DNA of 49,533 bases from Calditrichota bacterium (GTDB lineage: Bacteria; Calditrichota; Calditrichia; RBG-13-44-9; J042): positions 1 through 49,533 of the forward strand of contig RFHE01000038.1 of the NCBI GenBank assembly GCA_003696445.1, read 5' to 3'. Position 1 is the first letter of the stretch. Each line of letters starts with the position of its first letter. The notes beneath the pieces were generated by a model. The model made no database searches. It was not told the DNA's origin and saw only the letters and a program-made list of their open reading frames with translations. Below, in pieces: positions 10,413 through 19,450 of this stretch. The translations under genes were made by a program, and so were the position numbers.

Positions 10413-11765
10413 TTGTTTATTCAAAACGCCAGGCTGGAGAGAACCGGAATTTTGATACAAAAAAAGTTTATCCCATTCATTGTGGCCGGTTGTGCCCTCC
10501 TGCTTTTATTGGTGAGCTTCGCTCCCAATTCCTCCTGGTTCCTATGGACAAAGATTTTGTTAATCATCCTTTTTGGTGCCATCCTCTACTGGCTATTTGC
10601 TCAGGAGGCACCTCAAATGGAAGCGCACACCGGTGAAGCGCGGTCAGAAGATCAGGAACCGGAGGAGAACTTGCTCCGCCTGCAAAATCTGGATAACGAG
10701 CAGGCCATCGAGGCCCTGTTCGAAGAATACCTTAAAACGGCCCTACCCCTTATTCAGCAAGTGCTGGTGGCCGACACTGTGGCTTTTGTTTTTGTCAACT
10801 ACCCCCGCCGTCGCTTCCATCTCCGCCATTGGGTTTCCAAATATCCCCAGGCGGTGGTGAACAACAAGCATTTGCCTATGGAAAACAATTTGCTGACACT
10901 GATACTCAAAAACCGCAAAGGCGTGGTGGAACCGGATTTGCCGGACAATTTTCGGCTGCTTCCCTACTACCGGCAGGAATTGGAAACCAAACCACGTTCG
11001 TTTCTGGGAGCCCCGGTTTATTTCAACAACCACATTGTAGGCTTGCTCTGTTGCGATTCCCGGGCCAGGGAAAGCTTTGGCGAGGATGATTTAAAAATCC
11101 TGCAACAGATGGCTGCCCTTATCTCTCTGCAACTGGCGGCCAGTAACAAACTGTACGAGTACGAGGCCGAAAACTGGATTTCAAGCGTGCTGTATCGATT
11201 CAGTCGGGAAGTGCTGGCCGTTCAGGACGAAGAAGAACTAGTACGGTTTGTCGGCCGATTTTGCAAGGAGGTATTTAAAGCTAATCGGGTGGCGGTATGC
11301 CAGCGAACTCCCCAAGGTAAGGCACGCATCGTGTTTTTAGGCGGCGATTTTCCTCAACTAAGCGAGGGACAAGAATTCCCACTTACCGAAGGCATTGTCG
11401 GTTGGGTGTTCCGGAAAAACCAGAGCCTTCGGGTGGAGGATTTTGCCAGCCGGGACCATTACATCGCCCGGTTCCATGCCAGCGAGGAACCGGCCCGGGC
11501 CTATCGATCCCTGCTCACCGTTCCTGTAACGGTGGGGAAAACGGTTCAGAACGTTATTTTGCTGGAAAGCTTTGCACCGGGGAGCTTTCAGGAGATGCAC
11601 AAACAAGTTCTGGAAACCATGGCCAATCTGGTGGCGCTGGTTCGGCAGAAGCTGCATAGTGCGGCACGCCGGTCAGCCGCGCGCAAGGCCGCCGGGGAGG
11701 CGGGCGAAGACCAGGCTCAGCTAAACCTGGAATTCGGAGCCATGGGGATGGATCGGGAAACTTAG
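10413..11765 (+). CDS. Membrane protein with two GAF-like domains and no recognisable output domain
   Basis: Two N-terminal TM helices, then two regions with GAF-like patterning (e.g. LGAPVYFNNHIVGLLCCDS, RSLLTVPVTVGKTVQNVILLES). The TTG start at 10413 is uncertain. Confidence 0.65.
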   Translation: MFIQNARLERTGILIQKKFIPFIVAGCALLLLLVSFAPNSSWFLWTKILLIILFGAILYWLFAQEAPQMEAHTGEARSEDQEPEENLLRLQNLDNEQAIEALFEEYLKTALPLIQQVLVADTVAFVFVNYPRRRFHLRHWVSKYPQAVVNNKHLPMENNLLTLILKNRKGVVEPDLPDNFRLLPYYRQELETKPRSFLGAPVYFNNHIVGLLCCDSRARESFGEDDLKILQQMAALISLQLAASNKLYEYEAENWISSVLYRFSREVLAVQDEEELVRFVGRFCKEVFKANRVAVCQRTPQGKARIVFLGGDFPQLSEGQEFPLTEGIVGWVFRKNQSLRVEDFASRDHYIARFHASEEPARAYRSLLTVPVTVGKTVQNVILLESFAPGSFQEMHKQVLETMANLVALVRQKLHSAARRSAARKAAGEAGEDQAQLNLEFGAMGMDRET

Positions 11766-11869
11766 ATGCCCCGGAAAGCCTTTTCTTTCCTCATTTTTCC
11801 CTTTCCCTTTGCCCTCAAGTGGATTTGTTTGCTAAATTGAGCAGTATTTTAATAGGGAGAAACTGGACT

Positions 11870-12064
11870 ATGGCTAAGCGTCAGGATTTTGCTTCAAAAA
11901 TACAAAAAGGTAAGAACACCGGCCCTACCTGCCCCCAGTGTGGGGATACCTACCAGATGGTTAAAGTGGTGCGTTCTGTTTATTCGGAGGAAAAAGGTAG
12001 CTGGAAGTACCAGACCAAAAATGTGAAGGTCTGCTCCTGCAATCAAGCGGAAGTTTACGCCTGA
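11870..12064 (+). CDS. Small (64 aa) zinc-ribbon-like hypothetical protein
   Basis: The ATG at 11870 is preceded by aatAGGGAGA at good spacing. It has a CPQC ... CSC cysteine pattern. I recognise no family. Confidence 0.5.
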   Translation: MAKRQDFASKIQKGKNTGPTCPQCGDTYQMVKVVRSVYSEEKGSWKYQTKNVKVCSCNQAEVYA

Positions 12065-12345
12065 AAAATCCGTTTGTTGCTCACCAGGACTTATGATGCT
12101 TGATCACAGGCCAGCGGCGACTACCGGCCTTGTTTGCCAGGGCGTTCAAGCACCGGGCGCTGGCCTTGTTGTTTAATCCCCAATAGAGGGGACCTCATTT
12201 CGTTTTTTCCCGCCTGTCAAGGCTCCTAGGAGTGCTCCACGAAAGCTCGCGATTATCGTTCTACACGTTTGCTCAGATTTGGTTGAAAGGTTTTCCGCTG
12301 TTAAATTTTTCTTAAAGTGTAGTGCAGCAGGGGAGGGAAAAAGAA

Positions 12346-13335
12346 ATGTCCGAGAGTTCAACGCGCCTGCGGGATCTGGTACCGGGCCAAGACTTCCTGG
12401 GATTCTGCGTCGTTCGCAAAGTAGAGCAGCGGGTGACCCGTAACGGAAAAATTTACTTGCTGGTGGAGTTGGGGGATACCAGCGGACGGCTGCGGGCCAG
12501 GTGGTGGAATAGACCGGCCGATTGGGAAAAAATTTGTCCGGCCGGGCAAGTGGTTAAGGTGAAGGCCAGGGCCGTGCAGGTGGAGGATCGGGTGGAATTG
12601 AACATTCTCCGCTTACGGCCGGCAAGGGCAGGCGATGCCGTGCGGCCCGAAGACCTCCTGCCTGCTTCGCAAAAAGATGTGGCTGACCTGCAACATCGGT
12701 TCTACCAGCATCTGGGGAGTATCCAGAATCCTCATCTAAAAGCACTGCTTAACCGAATTTTCGATGAGCCGGAGTTCGAGCGGCGTTTTTTTCAGGCGCC
12801 TGCAGGCAAGCTCTGGCACCATGCTTACCTGTATGGGATGCTGGAACATGTGGTCTGCATGTTGGACCTGAGCGAAGTGCTGGCCTCTCATTATCCTCAG
12901 TTGAATCTTGAATTGCTCAAGTGTGGCATTGTACTCCACGATTTGGGGAAGGTCTGGGAGTACGCCACTACCAGGGGGTTTGTGGATTTTACCGATGAGG
13001 GCAGGCTGATCGGTCACCCGGTCATCGGGCAAAATCAGCTAAGGGAGTGGGTGTCCCGCCAGCCGGATTTTCCCTCAGAACTGGTGCTCCAGTTATTGCA
13101 CCTGATGCTAAGTGCCGATGCACTGAGCGGGGTGGGCTCGCCGGTGCAACCCATGACCTTGGAAGCTGCGGCCCTGGCCTGCCTCAATCAATTGGATGGG
13201 CTGGTGAACGCTTTTGCCCGCATCGGGGAAAAGGACGTCTTGCCTGGCAGCCGCTGGAGCAAATTCAACAACCTACTCAACCGGTTTGTTTATGTAGGCC
13301 AAAAAGCGCAGGACGGCCCAGCTGAAAACCAGTAG
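12346..13335 (+). CDS. OB-fold plus HD-domain phosphohydrolase (YhaM-like 3'-5' exoribonuclease family)
   Basis: N-terminal OB-fold region (FCVVRKVEQRVTRNGKIYLLVELGD), HD motif (HHAY...HDLGK). The ATG at 12346 follows GGGGAGGG. Confidence 0.8.
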   Translation: MSESSTRLRDLVPGQDFLGFCVVRKVEQRVTRNGKIYLLVELGDTSGRLRARWWNRPADWEKICPAGQVVKVKARAVQVEDRVELNILRLRPARAGDAVRPEDLLPASQKDVADLQHRFYQHLGSIQNPHLKALLNRIFDEPEFERRFFQAPAGKLWHHAYLYGMLEHVVCMLDLSEVLASHYPQLNLELLKCGIVLHDLGKVWEYATTRGFVDFTDEGRLIGHPVIGQNQLREWVSRQPDFPSELVLQLLHLMLSADALSGVGSPVQPMTLEAAALACLNQLDGLVNAFARIGEKDVLPGSRWSKFNNLLNRFVYVGQKAQDGPAENQ

Positions 13336-13388
13336 CGCCAGATGAAGCTGAATCAACCAAACCCAACCGATGTTTAATATCCGCTCCA

Positions 13389-13769
13389 TCAGTTCACGTA
13401 AAGGCTTCGGAAATTGACCCAACGTTCCACGATGTGGCGAAAATTTTTGATCTTAAAGGGCTCCACCAGGTAATCCACATTAGGGAAAGAGCGAATTCGT
13501 TCGCTCAATTCCTGGGAGGCAAAATTGCTGATGAAAATCACCGGGATGGAACGATAGCGCGGGTTGTTCTTAATGTTTTCCAGAACATCCAGGCCCTTCT
13601 TCGGTGTTGTATTGGCATGCACAATGATGAGTGAAGGGCGGGTGTGGCGAATTTCGTTCAAGGGGTGCTCGCACCGGCTGTGCACGTAAATCTTGTAACG
13701 GTACTCGCTCAGCAAATCTTGAATTAACTTTGCCCGATCTTTGCTCGACTCAAAGACGAGAACGCGCAT
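13389..13769 (-). CDS. Stand-alone receiver-like protein with degenerate phosphorylation site (pseudo-receiver)
   Basis: CheY-like length and beta-alpha pattern. The acidic pair is ES (VLVFESS). The phospho-acceptor position is His (LIIVHANTTP). The conserved Lys is Glu (YLVEPF). A strong SD AAGGAGGAA lies upstream. Confidence 0.8.
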   Translation of the reverse strand: MRVLVFESSKDRAKLIQDLLSEYRYKIYVHSRCEHPLNEIRHTRPSLIIVHANTTPKKGLDVLENIKNNPRYRSIPVIFISNFASQELSERIRSFPNVDYLVEPFKIKNFRHIVERWVNFRSLYVN

Positions 13770-13823
13770 GGGGTATTCCTCCTTGAATTGAATGATTCAT
13801 TCGTTGAGTTCAGGAAGAATAAT

Positions 13824-13843
13824 GACAAATTGCGTGCCGTTGG
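13824..13843 (-). promoter_or_regulatory. Candidate sigma54 (-24/-12) promoter for the pseudo-receiver gene
   Basis: The minus strand reads CGGCACGCAATTTGTC versus the consensus TGGCACG-N4-TTGCW. GG and G(-13) have correct spacing, but -12 is T instead of C. The site lies ~55-75 nt upstream of the ATG at 13769, next to a sigma54 activator gene. Confidence 0.35.
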
Positions 13844-14408
13844 TATTCTATGGTTAAGTGATTGAAAATTATTGGCTTAGGTTAAATATTGTATTTAATC
13901 TGTTGTTTTTTAAAAGCTTAAATCAATATTTTCGCTGGCTGCGTTTGTATTTTTTACAATTCTTAGCCGGTCGATTTGCAGTTAGTGCAAGTGACCCCAA
14001 GCCTCCCGGATAGAGGTGGGCAAAACAAACAAATAGGCCACCGCAAAGGGGGAGGTACGGGAAGGCCTTTTCGGGGATGCGGAAGATCTAGCAAACTGGA
14101 GATTTACGCAACGGGCTGTTTCGCGGGCAGCAACCTTAAATCAGCTGGCCCCAAGCGGGGTGATTGAGGAGTTAAGAAAAATAGATTCTTAAGCAACTGG
14201 CATAACGGGCCAAAGTTCACTCAATCCCCATCCTTTTTTACGGGGAAATGGGGTGAAAGGGACGAGGTTCCAACAATAATTTGCTAAAATTACTAAGCTT
14301 TGGGGCAAAACGCCGGCTGGGAACACTGATTTAATATGAGCCACTAAATGCAAAAATGCGCAAATTTATTGACTTTGCTTTACTTTTTTGCAGCCCCGTA
14401 GAAGAGGT

Positions 14409-15749
14409 TTATTCCAGTTTTCTAACCAAGGTACGGTAATTAATTTTCAGCAATTTACAGGCTTCTTTTTTGTTGCCTTTTTTGAGCTCCAGGACCATTT
14501 TGACATAAAGCCTGGCCACCTCTTCCAGGGAGAGTTCCTGCGCCAATGCCTTTTCCAGGAAGTTGTCGGTTTCCTCAATCACGTCCGGAGGCAGGTCTTT
14601 GATGTCGATCTGCCGGCGCTTGGTTAACACCAAGCGCTTGACGGTATTCTCCAGCTCGCGAGCATTCCCCTCCCAGCGTAAGCGAGAGAGAAAGGCCACA
14701 ACCCGACTGGAAAAACGCGGTTTGGGCAGGTTGTTTTCCCGGCAGAACTTCTCAACAAAATAATCGATCATTGCTGGGATGTCGTCCGGTCGTTCTCGCA
14801 AAGGCGGGATGTTAATGGGAATCACGTTGATCCGGTAATAGAGATCTTCCCGAAATTTCTTTTCCTTTACCAGTTCCAGTAAATTGCGATTGGTGGCCGA
14901 AATCAACCGAAAGTCTATCTGAATTTCTTTTTCTCCGCCCAGGCGATAAAATCGCTTGCTTTCCAAGACGCGCAGCAATTTGGCTTGTAGCTCCAGGGGG
15001 AGTTCTCCAATTTCGTCCAGAAAAAGGGTACCCTGATGGGCCAGTTCCAGTTTGCCCCGCGTGGTGCGCACTGCGCCGGTAAAGGCACCTCGCTCGTAAC
15101 CAAAAAGTTCGCTTTCTAGCAAATTGGCCGGCAGGGCGGCACAATTGATGGCCACAAAATTGGAGCGGTAGCGGCTGCTTTGCCGGAAAATGTGATTGGC
15201 AATCACCTCCTTACCGACGCCAGATTCCCCGGTAATCAGCACCGGTTCACTGCTGTCCTTTAGGCTATCAATAAAATTTAAAATCTGCTGCATCTGTTTG
15301 CTGACGGCCACAATATTCTCGAAACGGATATTCTGGCTCAATTTGGAGCGCAATTCCTTGTTTTCCCGCTCCAGTTGCTGCATTCGCAGGGCCTGTTTGA
15401 CCATGAACGGCAGCTCTTCCTCCAGGTTTTCTCCTTTAGAAAAATAAGAATAAGCGCCTCGCCGCTGCGCTTCCAGAGCGTACTGGTGGTCCTTAAAGGA
15501 AGTCACCACGATGATCTGATAATCCTGACCCCGGCCAATGAGTTCGTCCAGCAACTGAAATCCATCTCGAATTTCCGGCAGTCCCAGATCCAGAATGATT
15601 AAATCCGGTTCAAAGGTTTCTACCAAGTTCAGCGCCTCGGTGCGATTGAAAGCCAACTTTGTAACATACTGTTCGCCGATCCATTTCTTGTAGCTCTCTG
15701 CCCAGATGACGTTGTCTTCTACAATCAAGATTTTCTTATTGAGCCACAT
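14409..15749 (-). CDS. Sigma54-dependent response regulator (NtrC/Fis family: receiver + AAA+ + HTH)
   Basis: Receiver domain (ILIVEDN, LIILDLGLP, VVTS, YFSKG). AAA+ domain (GESGVGKE, GAFTGA, ELFGYERGAFTGA, DEIGELP). C-terminal HTH. The ATG at 15749 overlaps the kinase stop by 14 nt. Confidence 0.9.
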   Translation of the reverse strand: MWLNKKILIVEDNVIWAESYKKWIGEQYVTKLAFNRTEALNLVETFEPDLIILDLGLPEIRDGFQLLDELIGRGQDYQIIVVTSFKDHQYALEAQRRGAYSYFSKGENLEEELPFMVKQALRMQQLERENKELRSKLSQNIRFENIVAVSKQMQQILNFIDSLKDSSEPVLITGESGVGKEVIANHIFRQSSRYRSNFVAINCAALPANLLESELFGYERGAFTGAVRTTRGKLELAHQGTLFLDEIGELPLELQAKLLRVLESKRFYRLGGEKEIQIDFRLISATNRNLLELVKEKKFREDLYYRINVIPINIPPLRERPDDIPAMIDYFVEKFCRENNLPKPRFSSRVVAFLSRLRWEGNARELENTVKRLVLTKRRQIDIKDLPPDVIEETDNFLEKALAQELSLEEVARLYVKMVLELKKGNKKEACKLLKINYRTLVRKLE

Positions 15750-17787
15750 GCACTTCCCCCTTCCTAACTGTTTCGGCAACATAAGGCAACCGAATGTTGA
15801 AGATGGTACCTTTGCCTTCCTTACTGGTGACATCGATGTAGCCGGAATGGCGTTCGATAATTTGTTTCACGATGGCCAGTCCCATGCCGCTTCCCCCTTC
15901 CCGCTTGTGGGTGGTGAAGAAGGGATCAAAGATTCGGTTTAGAAACTCCTCGCCGATGCCTTCACCCTCATCAAGAATCTCGATGTAAATCCAGGGGTTG
16001 CGTTTTACCCCTGAAATGGGGCGCAATTTGCGGGTGGTAATTTTTATTCTCCCTCCATTGGGGCGCATAGCACGAACGGCATTTTCCAACAAATTGGTAA
16101 AGACCCGCTGCATCTGGTTTACATCGAGCAGGGTGTCCGGCAGGTCCGTGGCATAGTTTTTTTCTACACTCACGTTTTCCGGCAGGTTGATGAGATCCAG
16201 GCTCATGTCGATCAGATGATTGATGTTACAGGGCATGAGGCGAAGTTCGGCCGGCCGGGCATACTGTAGGAGATCCTGTACCAGTTTTTCCATGTGTGCG
16301 GCGTGCTGTACCAACCGGTGATTTTCCAGATTCTCCAACTTAACCAGGGCGATAAAGGAGCGAAAATCGTGAGCCAGTTGGGAGGCAAACATGCCCAGAT
16401 CGGCCAGCTTGGCTGCTTGCATGCTTTGCTGAATTTTCTGCACCGTTTCCATGCTCAATGCCAGATGGTGGGCCAGCATGCGAAAGAAACCAAGCTGGTG
16501 AGGTGAGATGCGCACGAACTTGCGTTGCCCTCCCACGGCCAGAATGGCTTTCAGCTCCTCGCCCTGCAGCACAGGGATCAGCACATACAAGTTGAGCCTA
16601 TCCATGGCATCGAAGAGGGGATTGTCCACCGGAAGAGAGAATTTGTTCAAAAGCTGACCCTGATTTTCGACAGTTTGCAGCAACTGGAGGCCCGAGGGGG
16701 AAAGCAACGCCGTTTGGGCCTCGTTGGTCAGTCCTCGGCTGAAGCCCAGCTCATAGGGCGGGCTGGCCGCCCGTGGATATAGCACTGCAAAGTACTGGCA
16801 GTAAAATTCCCGCTCGATGACCTCTCCCACATAGTCCCAAAGTGGGGGGAGTTCAATGAATTGATTCACCTGGGTGGTAATCTGAGCTAGTAGTTGCTCG
16901 TAGCGTTCGGCGCCCCCATGCTGTAAGCGCTGGAAAGTCCAGTTTGCACCATGCAGAAACACCAGGCCCAGCGAAACCGCTGCCAGCATCAGCACCGCAC
17001 TGACCAGGGTGCCCGCCGGTGAGGGCTGAAAATACTCGCCAAGGTAGCCCAGGAAAATCCCTGCGCCGCTCAAAAAGTAAAGCCCGCTGATCCGTTCCAA
17101 CCACACATCGGCTTCCAGAAGATGAAAGCTTAGCCCCACCACCAGCAAAATACCGGTTACTAGCGGGTAACTGAGCAACAGCAGGCGGGGATGAAAGTGA
17201 AAGATGGGCATGAGCAAATGATCGGCCATGGAAAGAACTAGCAAGGGCACAACCCAGCGAAGCAACTGGCGGGGGCGGTGCAGCTCTTCTTGTCGGCGGC
17301 CAAAATGGAGCCAGCGGTTCAGAGCTGAAATGACCATTGTAATGAGAAAGGCAGCAAACAAAAGGTACAACCCGTAGAAAAATCGGGCGCGGATGGGCGG
17401 CCTGGCTTCCGGTAGTGGGCCAAAATAGAGGCCAAAAAGATGGCCACAAGCCACCAGGGTAGCGGCCAGCAGCAGAGGCCGTTTAAAGGCCAGCAAGTCG
17501 ATGAACGGATGAAACCGCAGTGCATAAGCAACCAGATAGTAAATCAGAAGTAAGGAAAACAATTCGGAGAGGGCGCGAATGCGAGCCGACAGCAGTGCTC
17601 CGGTAAACGAGGTGGTGTTGACCAGGTTCAGCGTGGCCACAACCTCCAGCAAAAAAAGGATGAGCAAGTAGAGAAAAATCCACATCTGAATGGTTTTTAC
17701 CCGCTGGCGAGCCACTAGGAAAGCCAGCAGGGCCAGTGCGCCAAGGCTCAGCACCAGAAAATAGTTGGTCCACTGAGCAACGTTCAT
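15736..17787 (-). CDS. Multi-pass membrane sensor histidine kinase
   Basis: About 8 N-terminal TM segments, a central GAF-like region, an H-box (ASQLAHDFRS), and an HATPase domain (NLLENAVRA, ILDEGEGI, GSGMGLAIVK). Confidence 0.9.
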   Translation of the reverse strand: MNVAQWTNYFLVLSLGALALLAFLVARQRVKTIQMWIFLYLLILFLLEVVATLNLVNTTSFTGALLSARIRALSELFSLLLIYYLVAYALRFHPFIDLLAFKRPLLLAATLVACGHLFGLYFGPLPEARPPIRARFFYGLYLLFAAFLITMVISALNRWLHFGRRQEELHRPRQLLRWVVPLLVLSMADHLLMPIFHFHPRLLLLSYPLVTGILLVVGLSFHLLEADVWLERISGLYFLSGAGIFLGYLGEYFQPSPAGTLVSAVLMLAAVSLGLVFLHGANWTFQRLQHGGAERYEQLLAQITTQVNQFIELPPLWDYVGEVIEREFYCQYFAVLYPRAASPPYELGFSRGLTNEAQTALLSPSGLQLLQTVENQGQLLNKFSLPVDNPLFDAMDRLNLYVLIPVLQGEELKAILAVGGQRKFVRISPHQLGFFRMLAHHLALSMETVQKIQQSMQAAKLADLGMFASQLAHDFRSFIALVKLENLENHRLVQHAAHMEKLVQDLLQYARPAELRLMPCNINHLIDMSLDLINLPENVSVEKNYATDLPDTLLDVNQMQRVFTNLLENAVRAMRPNGGRIKITTRKLRPISGVKRNPWIYIEILDEGEGIGEEFLNRIFDPFFTTHKREGGSGMGLAIVKQIIERHSGYIDVTSKEGKGTIFNIRLPYVAETVRKGEVHVAQ

Positions 17788-17804
17788 GGATTGAATTGGT
17801 TTGT

Positions 17805-18569
17805 TTAGCTGTTGCGTTTGGCCTCTTCCCAGAGGCGATCCATCTCTTCCAGGGTGGCTTCCTGAACACTGCGTTTCTGCTCGGCGAGCTTCTGCTCGAT
17901 GTATTGGAAGCGCGCCATGAATTTATTGGTTGTTTTGCGCAACGCGTCCTCGGCGTTGATATCGTAGAAGCGGCTCAGATTGACCAGCGAAAAAAGCAGA
18001 TCACCGAGTTCCTCCTCCATGGCCTCGGGCGCTCCGCTTTTTAACGAAGCTTTTAACTCTTGAATTTCCTCTTCGATCTTCTCCAATACGCCGGAAGCAT
18101 CCGGCCAGTCGAAACCAACTTTGGCTGCCTTTTCCTGGACGCGCTGGGCTCTGAGCAGCGCGCACATTTGCCTGGGTATGCCATCCAGATAGGATCGACG
18201 TTTTTCGGTGCGAAATTTAATTTCTTCCCAGTTTTCTTTGACTTGCTGGGCGGTTTCCGCTTTTACCTTACCAAAAACATGCGGATGGCGTTGGATCAGC
18301 TTCTGGTTGATGTGCTGGATGACTTCCGCTAAACTAAATTGTCCGGTTTCTTCGGCAATTTCGGCCTGGAAGACGACTTGTAGCAGCAAGTCTCCCAGCT
18401 CCTTTTTCAGTTCCTGCCAGTCCTCATTATCGATGGCCTCCACGGTTTCGAAAGCTTCTTCAAGAATGTACTGACGGAGCGATTGAGGGGTTTGTTCGCG
18501 GTCCCAAGGGCATTCCCGGCGCAATCGCTTCATGATGTGGACCAGTTGGGCAAAAGCTTTTTCGGGCAT
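17805..18569 (-). CDS. mazG: Nucleoside triphosphate pyrophosphohydrolase MazG
   Basis: Tandem MazG domains (CPWDREQT, EEAFETVEAI, ELGDLLLQVVF ... EEELGDLLFSLVN). The ATG at 18569 follows GGAG. Confidence 0.9.
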   Translation of the reverse strand: MPEKAFAQLVHIMKRLRRECPWDREQTPQSLRQYILEEAFETVEAIDNEDWQELKKELGDLLLQVVFQAEIAEETGQFSLAEVIQHINQKLIQRHPHVFGKVKAETAQQVKENWEEIKFRTEKRRSYLDGIPRQMCALLRAQRVQEKAAKVGFDWPDASGVLEKIEEEIQELKASLKSGAPEAMEEELGDLLFSLVNLSRFYDINAEDALRKTTNKFMARFQYIEQKLAEQKRSVQEATLEEMDRLWEEAKRNS

Positions 18570-18667
18570 GGTGGAACTCCAGAGTTTTGATGAGCGAGGC
18601 CGTGTTGCGGGAAATAATTTAGGGGGCGCGGGACGATTTTCCAACGCAATAATTGTAGAAAATGCAA

Positions 18668-19450
18668 TCAGTCATTGGGGTGGTTGCGCTGGCGCAGCGC
18701 TTCGTAGAGGGCAATGCCGGCAGCCACCGAGGCATTGAGCGATTCGGTGCGGCCCACCTGAGGGATGGCAAACAGGGCATCGCAGTGTTTGCGCAGGGAA
18801 TGGCTGAGTCCCTTGCCTTCGCTGCCCACCGCCAGCACTACCGGCCGGGCGAAATCCATGGCCCAGAGGGGCTCTTTGGCCCGGCCGTCCGCACCATATA
18901 CCCAGAAACCGGCTTCCTTCAACAGGGTCAGCGCGTGGGCAGGGCTGGTTACCCGGCACAGGGGCAGATGCCAGATGGCGCCGGCTGAGGCCTTGACTAC
19001 TGCCGTAGTAATCGGGCTGGCCTTGCGGGCGAGAAAGATGAGGCCCCCGGCCCCCAGCACCTCAGCGCTGCGAATCATAGCCCCCAGGTTTTGCGGATCT
19101 TCAATGCCGTCGGCAAAGACCAGGCAGGGTGTCTGGCTGGCCTCGAAGGCCGCGGCAATCAGCGCTTCCAGTTCCAGCAACCGCACCGGCGAAACCAGGG
19201 CCACCACCCCTTGGTGAGCAACATTGCCGGCGAGCTCGCGCATCCTGCCTGCGTCCACTTCGCTGATGGGTACATGCCGTCGTCGGGCCAGGCGCACAAT
19301 CTCCCGCTTGCGCTGGCCATGCTGCCCATGCTGCAGATAAATTTTCTGGACTGCTATGCCCGACTGCAGCGCTTCCAGGACCGGATTCTTGCCGTAGATA
19401 AGGCTCGGGGATTCGGATGGGGTGGACTCGGCTGCCGGCTGTGTTTTCAT
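18668..19450 (-). CDS. rlmB: SpoU/TrmH family RNA 2'-O-methyltransferase, RlmB-like
   Basis: N-terminal substrate-binding domain (IYGKNPVLEAL) and SpoU motifs (DGIEDPQNLGAIRSA, VGSEGKGLS, IPQVGRTESLNASVAAGIALYE). The ATG at 19450 follows GAGGAAGGG. Confidence 0.8.
   Translation of the reverse strand: MKTQPAAESTPSESPSLIYGKNPVLEALQSGIAVQKIYLQHGQHGQRKREIVRLARRRHVPISEVDAGRMRELAGNVAHQGVVALVSPVRLLELEALIAAAFEASQTPCLVFADGIEDPQNLGAMIRSAEVLGAGGLIFLARKASPITTAVVKASAGAIWHLPLCRVTSPAHALTLLKEAGFWVYGADGRAKEPLWAMDFARPVVLAVGSEGKGLSHSLRKHCDALFAIPQVGRTESLNASVAAGIALYEALRQRNHPND

Noticed and set aside
14003-14060. c-di-GMP-I (GEMM) riboswitch-like strings GGGCAAAAC ... CCGCAAAGGG
   Set aside because: Only two short strings resemble the Vc2 aptamer. 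The GNRA-capped P2 hairpin and the second helix are missing, and no plus-strand gene lies downstream to regulate.
13976-14167. 63-aa ORF in the long gap (MQLVQVTPSLPDRGG...)
   Set aside because: It has a TTG start and no SD. The sequence is Gly/Arg-rich low complexity, and the ORF coincides with the GC-rich structured segment.
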